This document shows, in pieces, positions 9,001 to 15,529 of a stretch of 33,113 bases of DNA (its first letter is position 1; the number at the start of each line of letters is the position of its first letter). The DNA is from a bacterium (lineage in GTDB: Bacteria; Desulfobacterota; DSWW01), in NCBI GenBank assembly GCA_040756235.1, contig JBFLZG010000118.1, forward strand, positions 1 through 33,113, written 5' to 3'. The notes beneath the pieces were generated by a model. It searched no databases. It worked only from the letters and a program-made list of their open reading frames with translations, and was not told the origin of the DNA. The translations under genes and the position numbers were made by a program.

Positions 9001-10631
9001 GAAACCGCGTCGTGCACGCCCCCGGCAAAAAGGACCTGGCATGCGTCGGCCGCGTCCGGGTGCTCGCGCAGAAAGTCGAGCAACACGTCGATCGAGGTGC
9101 TCCACAGAACGAAGCTCGAGCGCGGGCCGATGTGTCCGCCGCACTCGCTCCCTTCGAGGATCAGCTTCCTGACCCCTCTCTCGAGGAAGTGCTTCAGGAG
9201 CACGGGGGAAGGGACGTGGAGATAGGTCTGGATTCCGCAGGCCTCGAGTCGTTGCGACTGGGCGGGCCGGCCGCCGGCGATGAGAGCAAACGGCGGCTTG
9301 CGTGCGCAGACCGCCTGGAACTGCTCCTCCTGCAGGGGAGCGGGCGTGAACCCGAGCAGGCCGACCCCCCACGGCTTCTCTCCCAGCCGCTCCCCCGTCT
9401 CGATCAGGAGCCGGTCGATCACATCGCCCGGAAGGAGGCCGAGAGCGAGAAAGGGCAGAGCGCCTTCGTCCGCCACGGCCTTCGCGAACAGGGGCCTGTC
9501 GCTGACCCGGTTCATCGGTCCCTGCACGATGGGGTAGGGGGTGTGATGGGCCGCTGCCAGGGGGGAATGCTTTGCCAGAGGCCGGTACGATCGAGCTGCC
9601 AGGAGGGACGGTGCGATCTGAGCGCTCATCGCCTCGAGCACGGACCTCACGTTCCCGTATCGGTCTGCAAGCGGCTTGGCGAAGCACGCGTCCTGTCCGA
9701 TCAGGAAGAGACGCTCCTGCGGTGCAGACCACCCTGCCAGCGAGGCGATCCGTTCGCGCCACAGGGTCTGCCTCCGTTCGGCGGGAACCTCCTCCGCCAG
9801 CAGCCGGTCTTCTTCCTCGCGGGCCCTGTGCGTGACGGTCGTGTCGGGCCTGTGGTAGACCCGGTAGGGCTGGTCCAGGGATTCTCCGATGAGGATCGTC
9901 TCCGTACCGTCCATGGCCCGGATGCGGGCCCTCGCCTGCTCCGGGAGCCCGGACTCCGCCGTCAGATAGAGCTGGGCGTCGAGACAGACGCCCCGCGCAC
10001 CGGCTGCGAGGCAGGCGGACGCGACCCACGGGCCGATCCCGCCGCGCACCCAGGTCGGCAGGCCCACCGACTTCCGGATGTGCTGAAACAGGACATAGGC
10101 CGTCTCTGGACCGACGCGCCCCCCCGACTCGCTGCCCTTGGCGATCAGCCCGTCGGCGCCAAAAGACGCGGCCCGGCCCGCTTCATCGGCGCTGACGGCT
10201 TCCACCAGGACCTCTATGCCTCCGGCATGGAGGTCCTGGATGAAGTCTTCGAGGCCTTCCCCGGCACATCCGGGCAGCACCGCCGTTTTCCATTTCGGAC
10301 CGCGCTCCTCCAGCATCCTCCGGTGGAATTCCGAGATGTCGGCCGGCAGGAGGACGCCGTAGGCGGAGGGGGCCGACCGCTCCAGCTCCCGCACCAGGAG
10401 CAAAGAGGATGCGAGATCCCCGGTCCGGAACTGCAAGTCCAGAACGCCGAGAGCCCCCGCTGTCGCAGCGGCGACCGCCAGAGAGGGGTCGGGTAGGGAG
10501 GCCGGCGAAAAAACGATGAATCGGTTGTCGCCCAGCAAGTTCTTCTCGGGTATCTCGGACAAAGTAAAACTCCGGCTCGCAGTCGGCGATGACACCACCG
10601 GGCTAGCAGAATGCCTCCTGTCCCGGATCAT
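3054..10631 (-). CDS. Iterative type I PKS / PfaA-like synthase: tandem FabK/NPD-like enoyl reductase domains-KS-AT-ACP-KR
   Basis: 2525-aa ORF. FabK-like motifs AKGSESGGRVG and PIVQGPM...LEGSECGGHIG...FAGGVHD; KS DAACASS, EAHATGT, KSMIGHT; AT FPGQGSQY, GHSLG, CAFHS; one ACP LGIDSIKRVE; KR VTGGARGIT, HGAGIIED, YAAAN. The true start may be up to ~30 codons downstream. Confidence 0.95.
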   Translation of the reverse strand: MIRDRRHSASPVVSSPTASRSFTLSEIPEKNLLGDNRFIVFSPASLPDPSLAVAAATAGALGVLDLQFRTGDLASSLLLVRELERSAPSAYGVLLPADISEFHRRMLEERGPKWKTAVLPGCAGEGLEDFIQDLHAGGIEVLVEAVSADEAGRAASFGADGLIAKGSESGGRVGPETAYVLFQHIRKSVGLPTWVRGGIGPWVASACLAAGARGVCLDAQLYLTAESGLPEQARARIRAMDGTETILIGESLDQPYRVYHRPDTTVTHRAREEEDRLLAEEVPAERRQTLWRERIASLAGWSAPQERLFLIGQDACFAKPLADRYGNVRSVLEAMSAQIAPSLLAARSYRPLAKHSPLAAAHHTPYPIVQGPMNRVSDRPLFAKAVADEGALPFLALGLLPGDVIDRLLIETGERLGEKPWGVGLLGFTPAPLQEEQFQAVCARKPPFALIAGGRPAQSQRLEACGIQTYLHVPSPVLLKHFLERGVRKLILEGSECGGHIGPRSSFVLWSTSIDVLLDFLREHPDAADACQVLFAGGVHDAVSSAMVAVLSAPLLEMGVKVGLQAGTAYLLTGEAVSTGALLERFQTEALQCRRTVVLETGPGHAVRCGLTPFAETFREQKRLLVRQGKPREEIQKTLEDLNLGRLGIATKGVYVSRPGNGTTAEPVFRELPPEEQRRQGLYMLGQVACLRESVCSIRELHDELCRGGTELIDSVQVNGRKSAAVEPPCEPRPCSGPSDAAIIGMACILPGARNLGEYWENIRNKICAIREVPAERWDWRIWYDPDQRARDKSCSKWGGFIDEVPFDPMEFGMPPNSMLSIEPLHLLTLLTVRAALEDAGYLNRPFARERTSVILGAGGGIADLGLAYAFRSFLPYLDAFSHDGVSAEGIKARMGSFLPEWTEDSFAGILTNVAAGRIANRFDLGGVNYTVDAACASSLAALNLAVQELERGSSEMVIVGGADTMQSPFAFLAFSKTQALSPKGRSRSLDEDADGIVISEGFGVLVLKRLADAERDGDRIYAVVRGIGGSSDGKAKGLTAPRAEGQLLALRRAYEKAGCSPAEVELLEAHATGTAAGDREELQAAVRLFREAQAQPRSCAVGSVKSMIGHTKCTAGIAGTIKTALALYHRVLPPTIGVEKPNPEIASEQSALYVNSEDRPWFHSGESPRRAGVSAMGFGGTNFHAVLEEHRGAGKNAMLLRPMPARNLAAEVFLWSAETAGGLAAALGRLEDFLSRGGGSATPLRDISFTLVQEAAARPSGAAAGARLAIVAESPSDLLRKTETARRMLAGQGDPDDLNLSGIYHADAPLWPSSKVAFLFPGQGSQYLHMMKDLVILFHEIRESVERAERALSGKLPRPLSSYIYPPPVWTSREEREQRLELMDTRIAQPAIAAVSMGVFRLLASLGVQPDFLAGHSLGEIAALCAAGCLPEESLYELAEARGRLVREAQGSQPGSMAAVLAEPEVLEPFLERHPGCWVANRNSRKQIVVSGSTPALEALVRELESRRIPTRALPVSCAFHSPLVGAAGSRLEEYLERVSLQAPARPVYRNTGGREVYPADARSIPSLLGEHLQQPVSWLEEMETIHAAGARIFIEVGPSTVLTGLGRQILAGRKALFLCTDQNGKAALPQLMSLVAQLYVNGYPVQPQRLFAGREPGLLDAVSFEPLQKPRAPSETVWLVNGFRARRREVSGIGGQASAVTQPPRRKVSGVGGQVSGPAPSGRELPVVSCQLSGGSPPHLESTISSEGADPFPTADNRNPTTASPAAPDSVMAGFQRLMDRFLETQRSVMLSYLQNRRPAAAEGAREAAAACVREPADLAAAPEKLARPQEQGGSRVREQAVPEEQRGLADRVSGVAPASSQRREAGGQEPGDVRDRVRDRLLTILSERTGYPRDAIGLDVDLEAELGIDSIKRVEVLGELRSWLLESGFEDLEGKIEELSREKTVQGMLAQLALPAPAPLAADSAAKEAARAVPLGADPARAPQEGAANQRFVFNPVPIAFNGRRAVLDLSGTILVTEDSLGVAARLCKRLRGPGGRVVRLRAADGCACLDRDTFQVDFSRPDEMVRLLESVRPDLGRVSGIFHLLPMAPPTDWKAMDPAAWRNRIQQEVKSLFHLVRLFGQDLLSQPADRPGVVFAATVMGGTFAAPNGVPRVEYFPGQAGVEGLLKTVALEWPAVRVRVIDFSPALDPARMAEQILLEVEADKQPVEVGFDGSKRIALRPVPAPLAVSAKPLPAIDEHSTVLVTGGARGITFDVAHELALGHRPRLVLVGSSPPPRPEDPPDVRGLSAMADLKAVLLERLRREGQPPRIAQAEALYRKLVKERAIRANLRALERTGATVEYHSVDVRDTAAFESFLDACYARLGRIDGVIHGAGIIEDKRILDKTPDSFDRVFDTKVDSAFTLARKLKPETLRFFILFSSVAGSFGNPGQCDYAAANEVLNKLAICLDQKWPARVVSINWGPWDTGMVTPELRRQFLKRGLSLIPPEVGKRRLAEELHFGRKGEGEIIISDIEGWLGGCP
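5341..5560. repeat. Heptamer tandem-repeat arrays inside the PKS AT-ACP linker
   Basis: CTGACAA-CTGGCAA-CTGACAA-CTGGCAA (5426-5453); CCTGACA-CCTGACC-CCCGACC-CCCGACA (5476-5503); GCTGACG-CCTGACC-CCCGATA-CCCGACA (5530-5557); a degenerate array in opposite orientation at 5341-5370. Confidence 0.8.
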
Positions 10632-10823
10632 ACCCGGGACCGGCGCCGCAAAATGCGTCCCGGGCCTGAACGAACAGGCCGATCCCGCAGTCAGGAGACC
10701 GGCCCATGCAGAATTGTGGTAATTGAAATAAGTTCGGCTGATTCAAGTAAAAAGATAAGGCCTGTTTCGCGTCACCGCTCGGACCCGCCCCCCTCGCAGG
10801 AAAATCAAAGATGAAGTAATGGG

Positions 10824-10853
10824 ATACTATAGAAATATTCACTGATTAGTCAA
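10824..10853 (-). promoter_or_regulatory. Candidate sigma70 promoter of the PKS operon
   Basis: Minus strand TTGACT (10853-10848), then TATAGT at 16 nt or TAGTAT at 18 nt spacing, in a locally AT-rich tract. Confidence 0.6.
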
Positions 10854-10880
10854 CTCTTTTAAAGTATCCTGTTGAGATTC

Positions 10881-10896
10881 TTTTGGACCTCCAAAA
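10881..10896. promoter_or_regulatory. Candidate operator palindrome TTTTGGA-CC-TCCAAAA
   Basis: Perfect 7-2-7 inverted repeat ~30 nt upstream of the candidate -35, with outer arms GTTGA (10871) / TCAAC (10902-10906). Confidence 0.4.
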
Positions 10897-11155
10897 CGGA
10901 GTCAACCGCCAGGTGCTGCGGCATGCCTTCTCAGGACCTGAGGGAAGCGTATGAGGGGATAGAAGAAACCTTGCGCAGCGCGGGATTGCAGAAAAGTATA
11001 AGAAGATTCTCTTACGGGAGTGCCGCAAGCAGCGATCCGCCCGTTCCTGGAACAATTCGGTTTTATCGGCTCGGGGCCGGTGGGAGGATCTCGGTCGCCC
11101 TCGTTGGGGGGTGCGCTTGTGCGGGTCGCGGCCGGAGCGGGGTCCATGCGGCTCT

Positions 11156-12154
11156 TCAGGACTGGACGCCCAGGCGGCGCCGCCCTTCCCTAATGGCCCG
11201 GTCGAACAGCTCCTCCAGGGCCGGCTCGACTCCGCGGCACCCGGCAACGACCTGCTCGGCCCAGTCCAGGTATCGACGGCGGCGCTCGAGGGGCCACTTT
11301 GCGGGCGGGTTCGCCGTCACATCCCTCACGTTGCAGATCTTGTCCGCGATCTTGATCCGCTTGGCTTCGGGCGACGCGAGAGGTGCGTGCTCGACCTGCA
11401 GCTCTTTGCGCTTTTCTTTCTCGAGGGACTTGTCGTCCGTCAACTCGCGCACGAGCTCCGCGACTCTCGGGCCAAAGCGGCCCTCGAGCTCCTCGAAGCT
11501 GGTGTCGGTGTCTTCGACCGTGTCGTGGAGGACGGCCGCCACCAGCGTCGAGCGATCGCGAACGCCGGCCTCGGCGGCCAGCACCGAGGCCACGGCAATG
11601 GCATGGTTGATGTACGGCGACCCTTCGGCATCCTTGCGGCGCTGGTTCCGGTGCTTCTCGGCGGCGAAGTCGAGGGCCGTAAGGATCGCTGCCACGCCGG
11701 TCCTGGCGGAAGCGGTGCGTCCCGACTTCGCGGCCGGTGCGGCCTGCCGTTCCCGGGGTCGGCTCTTGCGGCGGACCGCGGGGCTGCGGTCTCGGAGGGC
11801 CGGCTCGAGGGATTCCAGGTGTTCCTTGAGGGCCACGGCATTGTTCAGGCGGAGCTCGCTAGAGGAAAAGAGGAACGTCACCTCCGCGGCTTCCCGCAGA
11901 GCCTGAAGCAGCTCCCGGACCCGCTCGGGGCGGGATCGCAGCTCCTCGGAATACCGGGCCTTGAACTCCGTCCATTTGGCCGGGTCGTGGCCGTACCAGC
12001 GGCGCAGCTCGTCCGAGGGTGCGAGGTCTCTGGCCCAGAGGTCGATCTTCGCCTTCTCCTTGGAGAGGCCGCGCGGCCACAGGCGGTCCACCAGGACCCG
12101 CAGGCCGTCCGCCTGCTCGCGCGACTCGTAGATCCGTTTGATTCGGATGTTCAT
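11156..12154 (-). CDS. DUF488/YeaO-family domain fused to Mesh1-like HD-domain (p)ppGpp hydrolase
   Basis: N-terminal IKRIYE...DGLRVLVDRLWPRGLSKE...APSDELRRWYGHDP...NNAVALKE is YeaO-like. C-terminal AAEKHRNQRRKD, PYINH, LHDTVEDT, LTDDK, KIADKICN is Mesh1/SAH-like. Confidence 0.88.
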   Translation of the reverse strand: MNIRIKRIYESREQADGLRVLVDRLWPRGLSKEKAKIDLWARDLAPSDELRRWYGHDPAKWTEFKARYSEELRSRPERVRELLQALREAAEVTFLFSSSELRLNNAVALKEHLESLEPALRDRSPAVRRKSRPRERQAAPAAKSGRTASARTGVAAILTALDFAAEKHRNQRRKDAEGSPYINHAIAVASVLAAEAGVRDRSTLVAAVLHDTVEDTDTSFEELEGRFGPRVAELVRELTDDKSLEKEKRKELQVEHAPLASPEAKRIKIADKICNVRDVTANPPAKWPLERRRRYLDWAEQVVAGCRGVEPALEELFDRAIREGRRRLGVQS

Positions 12155-12236
12155 GGCTCACGCCTCCCGGCCGGTGCCCAATAGATGCTGCCGCGTGCGC
12201 AGGCGTAGCATCCGGTGGGCTCAGGAGCCCGTTCAG

Positions 12237-13151
12237 TCACAGCTTCAGGAGCCGGGCCGCATTATCATGAAAGAGCAGGCTCTCGAGCTTCGAGTCGCCC
12301 CGACAGGCTCTTTGCACGGAGCGGACGGCCGGGAGGCGGTTTCCCCAGGGCCAGTCCGATGCGTACAGCACCCGCTCGGGGCCGAACACGTCCAGGAGTT
12401 TGCGGATCGAGGCAGGGGATTGAAAGCTCACGTCCACGGAAACGTTGCGGAAGGGCCCGAGCTGGTCCATGACGTCCTCGACCTGGAAGAGACCCGAGTG
12501 GCCCGCGATGAAGGATACTTTGGGAAATGCGGACACGAGCTCCCGCGCGTAGCGGACCTCTCCGTTGGCCATGACCTGCTTTTCGATCTTCTCGGGTCCG
12601 ACATAGTAGGAAGACACGCCGCAGTGGAAGAGCACGGGGAGGTCGTGGACCGCGAAAGCCTCCGCGGCTTCCAGAGTGCGGCGGCTGTTGAGCGGCTCTT
12701 TCTGGATGATGGGGTGGAGCTTGAGGCCCCGGGCCCCTGCGGCCACGTCCGCGGCCAGTGAGGCCTGGACGTCGCCCGAGCGGGTGAAGTCCACGCCCGT
12801 GAAGGGGATGATGCCCGGATCCTGCTGGGCGGCCTTTCTCAAGTCCTCGAAGGTGAGATAGGGCGGAATGGGAAGACAGACCGTCTGCTGCACCCCGGCC
12901 TGGTCCATGGACTTGCGCATGTTCTCCAGGGTCGCGGCCGCGTTGCGGGCGCGCTCGGAGCGGGTGATGGAATCGAGCATGAGCCTGTAAAAGATGGCCC
13001 CGCGGCGGCCGGAAAGAAGGGTGTGCAGCCCCCATTCGGACGAGGTCACCAAGTCGAAGAGGATCTTCTTCTTCACGCCCCTCTTCCAGATGATCGCGCC
13101 TCCTCCGGGATAGAGGATGTCACCCAGATGGCTGTGAGCGTCGATGATCAT
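12237..13151 (-). CDS. Amidohydrolase family (Amidohydro_2) metal-dependent hydrolase
   Basis: C-terminal 304 aa of the 751-aa ORF. Starts MIIDAHSHLG after an AGAAAGGAAG RBS; motifs GLKLHP, FHCG, GHSG, LYASDWPW. Confidence 0.88.
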   Translation of the reverse strand: MIIDAHSHLGDILYPGGGAIIWKRGVKKKILFDLVTSSEWGLHTLLSGRRGAIFYRLMLDSITRSERARNAAATLENMRKSMDQAGVQQTVCLPIPPYLTFEDLRKAAQQDPGIIPFTGVDFTRSGDVQASLAADVAAGARGLKLHPIIQKEPLNSRRTLEAAEAFAVHDLPVLFHCGVSSYYVGPEKIEKQVMANGEVRYARELVSAFPKVSFIAGHSGLFQVEDVMDQLGPFRNVSVDVSFQSPASIRKLLDVFGPERVLYASDWPWGNRLPAVRSVQRACRGDSKLESLLFHDNAARLLKL

Positions 13152-13379
13152 GGGTCTCTTCCTTTCTGAGGCGGCGGATCGGGCCGGTACGCGGTCGTGC
13201 AAAGCAAAGCAGAGATGGGGCGCGGACGTCAAGCCGGCGGCGGTGTGTCTCCGTGGGATGGACCAAGCACACCGGTTCACAAGACTCGGCAACATATGCC
13301 GCATGAGGCGCAGCCGGCCCACGAAGAAAAGGACGCGTGGCAACGGAGGGCCTAAGAAGCCGAACATCGCGAGCGGAAG

Positions 13380-13419
13380 CGTGGCGACCTCCATGAAACC
13401 GGGAGGTTGCCACGGCCCT
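13380..13419. repeat. CGTGGCRAC inverted-repeat element (short form)
   Basis: CGTGGCGACCTCC (13380-13392) / GGAGGTTGCCACG (13402-13414). The right arm matches 25450-25467 in reverse complement at 17 of 18 nt. Confidence 0.6.
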
Positions 13420-13598
13420 GGGGGCCTCGCAATGTCCGACGGTACTTGCGGGTCGCCACTTCGCTGCCGGCGCACCTCCCGCCTCGACACCTGGGGGCCG
13501 GGCCGATATGATTCAGGCTTCAGGGCGATCCGCCGGAGACGCCGGGCTGCGGCCGCCCGTGACGCACGACCCCTGCGTGGAGGAGAAGGTCGCACAAC

Positions 13599-14579
13599 AT
13601 GGTGGAACAAATCCTGGAGGATCTCTGGCGCATCGAAGTCCCGCTGCCGAATACCCCTCTCAGGGCCGTCAACTCCTATGTGATCCGGGGCGCTTCCCGG
13701 AACCTGATCGTGGACACGGGATTGAACCTGGAGGAGTGCCGCAAGGCGATGTGCGGCGGCCTGGAGGAGATCGGCATCGATCTGGGGCGGACCGACTTCT
13801 TCATCACCCACATGCACGCCGATCACTCGGCGCTGGTACCGGCGCTCGCGGCCGAGTCGAGCAAGGTTTACTTCAACGGGCCGGATGCCCAGGTCCTGCG
13901 GGAGCCCTTCCATTGGGAGCCCATGCTCGAGTACGCGGCGGCGCACGGTTTCCCTGAAGATGAGCTCAGGGCCGCCATGCACAGCCACCCCGGCTATCGG
14001 CACGGGGCGACGAAGGTGCCGGCGCTGACCCTGCTGGAGGACGGGAGCGCGCTCGAGGCCGGGGATCACCGCTTCCGGTGCATCCAGACGCCGGGCCACA
14101 CGCGCGGCCACATGTGCCTGTACGAGCCCGCGCGCAAGCTCCTGCTCTCCGGAGATCATCTGCTCGTCGACATCACCCCCAACATCCAGTGCTGGTCGGA
14201 CAAGCTCGATCCGCTCGCGGAGTATCTGGCGAGCTTGGAGAAAGTCGCGGCGCTCGAGGTCGATCTCGTGCTGCCCGGCCACCGCCGGCTCTTCCGGGAC
14301 CACAGGGGGAGAATCGAGGAGCTCAAGGCGCACCACCGCCGCAGGGCCGGCGAGGTGCTGTCGATCCTGGACGAGGGCCCGAAGAACGCCTTCCAGGTGG
14401 CATCGCAGATGACCTGGGACATCGATTGCGATTCGTGGGACGGTTTCCCTGTCGCGCAGAAGTGGTTTGCCACGGGCGAGACCATCGCCCATCTGAGATA
14501 TCTGGAGGCGAAAGGCCGGATCCTCCGGGAGAACAGCGGCGAAGGGGTCGCCTTCCGGCGAACGAGCCAGGCGAGGTAG
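13599..14579 (+). CDS. MBL-fold metallo-hydrolase with C-terminal winged-helix-like domain
   Basis: THMHADH, TPGHTRGH, SGDHLL and LPGH motifs; GGAGGAG upstream. The stop TAG is part of a GTAG REP. Confidence 0.92.
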   Translation: MVEQILEDLWRIEVPLPNTPLRAVNSYVIRGASRNLIVDTGLNLEECRKAMCGGLEEIGIDLGRTDFFITHMHADHSALVPALAAESSKVYFNGPDAQVLREPFHWEPMLEYAAAHGFPEDELRAAMHSHPGYRHGATKVPALTLLEDGSALEAGDHRFRCIQTPGHTRGHMCLYEPARKLLLSGDHLLVDITPNIQCWSDKLDPLAEYLASLEKVAALEVDLVLPGHRRLFRDHRGRIEELKAHHRRRAGEVLSILDEGPKNAFQVASQMTWDIDCDSWDGFPVAQKWFATGETIAHLRYLEAKGRILRENSGEGVAFRRTSQAR

Positions 14580-14835
14580 GGGCGCTGCTTGCTGCCCCCT
14601 GATTTGTCATCCCGGCCCGTGCCTTCTGACCGGCTTTGTAGGGGCGGCGCTTGCTGCGCCCGCTATGAGCCAGCGAACCACCTCCTGTAATCACAGGGCG
14701 CAGGGACTGGATTCCGGCCTGCGCCGGAATGACGGGAGAAGGGAGCGCGTGTGAGCCGGGATCCAGTAGGGGCGACCGGCGGTCGCCCTCGGTGCGGGAA
14801 GCAGGTACTGGACCCCGGCCTGCGCCGGGGTGACG
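14576..14835. repeat. Cluster of GTAG- and CGTC-type REP palindromes
   Basis: GTAGGGGCG-palindromes at 14576, 14638 and 14766; CTGGATTCCGGCCTGCGCCGGAATGACG (14707-14734) and CTGGACCCCGGCCTGCGCCGGGGTGACG (14808-14835). Lies between convergent genes. Confidence 0.85.
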
Positions 14836-14898
14836 GAAAAGAGCCAGCACCCCGGGGCACAGGGGGACGGGCTCACTGGATTCAGTTACTGCCCGGCG

Positions 14899-15462
14899 CT
14901 ACTTCCCGGGCCACTTCCCGCCACTGAAGCTTTCGAAGGTCACGAGCTCACTCAGCTCCTTCCTGGGCGGCGCTTTGGCCGGATGGGCGGGAACGCCCAA
15001 GGGAAGGATCTCGATCACTTCGAACCCCTCCGGGACCTCCAGGATGCGGGCGGCTTCCTTGTGGTTCATGGCGCCCACGTGGACCGTCCCGAAGCCGAGG
15101 GCGTGGGCGGCCAGGGCCATGTTCTGGGCGGCGAGGCCGGCATCGAACATGTACCAGTCCCCTTTGTCGGTGGCTGCCGTGTTCCCGTAGAGGCCGGACT
15201 TGCCTCTCTCGGCGGCGAGCACGATGAGGACCGGCGCCTGATCGAAGCCCTTGGCCGCAGGGTTGCTCGGGAGCAGGGTCCCCTTCAGGGCCTCTTTCTT
15301 CTTCGGGTCTTCCACGATGATGATGCGGCAGGGCTGAAGGTTGACCCACGAGGGCGCCCAGCGCGCCGCCTCGAGGATCGCCTGCAGTTGCTCGCGGGCG
15401 ACCGGCTGATCGGTAAACCGCCTCACGCTTCTTCTGTCCCGGATGGCCTGCAACACGTCCAT
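14899..15462 (-). CDS. Nitroreductase family protein
   Basis: MDVLQAIRDRRSVRRF, ARWAPSWVNLQP, DAGLAAQNMALAAHALGFGT; AAGGAG RBS before ATG 15462. Confidence 0.92.
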   Translation of the reverse strand: MDVLQAIRDRRSVRRFTDQPVAREQLQAILEAARWAPSWVNLQPCRIIIVEDPKKKEALKGTLLPSNPAAKGFDQAPVLIVLAAERGKSGLYGNTAATDKGDWYMFDAGLAAQNMALAAHALGFGTVHVGAMNHKEAARILEVPEGFEVIEILPLGVPAHPAKAPPRKELSELVTFESFSGGKWPGK

Positions 15463-15529
15463 GTCGCTCTCCTTGGTCGCATGCGCTGCTGGATTCTGTT
15501 GTCGCCTGGGGTTAGCTCGATACGCTGGT

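Noticed and set aside
262..10496. Long plus-strand ORFs (838, 857, 825 and 656 aa)
   Set aside because: Antisense shadows of the GC-rich PKS genes; no recognisable motifs.
10689..10704. AGTCAGGAGACCGGCC resembling the cobalamin riboswitch 3' box
   Set aside because: Wrong strand for the PKS, and the upstream core elements (GGGAA, GCCACTG) are missing.
10768..10781. ops-like (RfaH/NusG paralog) site GAGCGGTGACGCG in the PKS leader
   Set aside because: Too many mismatches to GGCGGTAGnnTG and no antiterminator gene in the window.
13152..14492. N-terminal part of the 751-aa minus-strand ORF
   Set aside because: Antisense to the MBL gene and runs through intergenic DNA; the amidohydrolase starts at 13151 with its own RBS.
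14576..14835. Possible CRISPR array
   Set aside because: Repeats are of two unrelated types, non-identical and irregularly spaced, and no cas genes are present; REP is a better fit.
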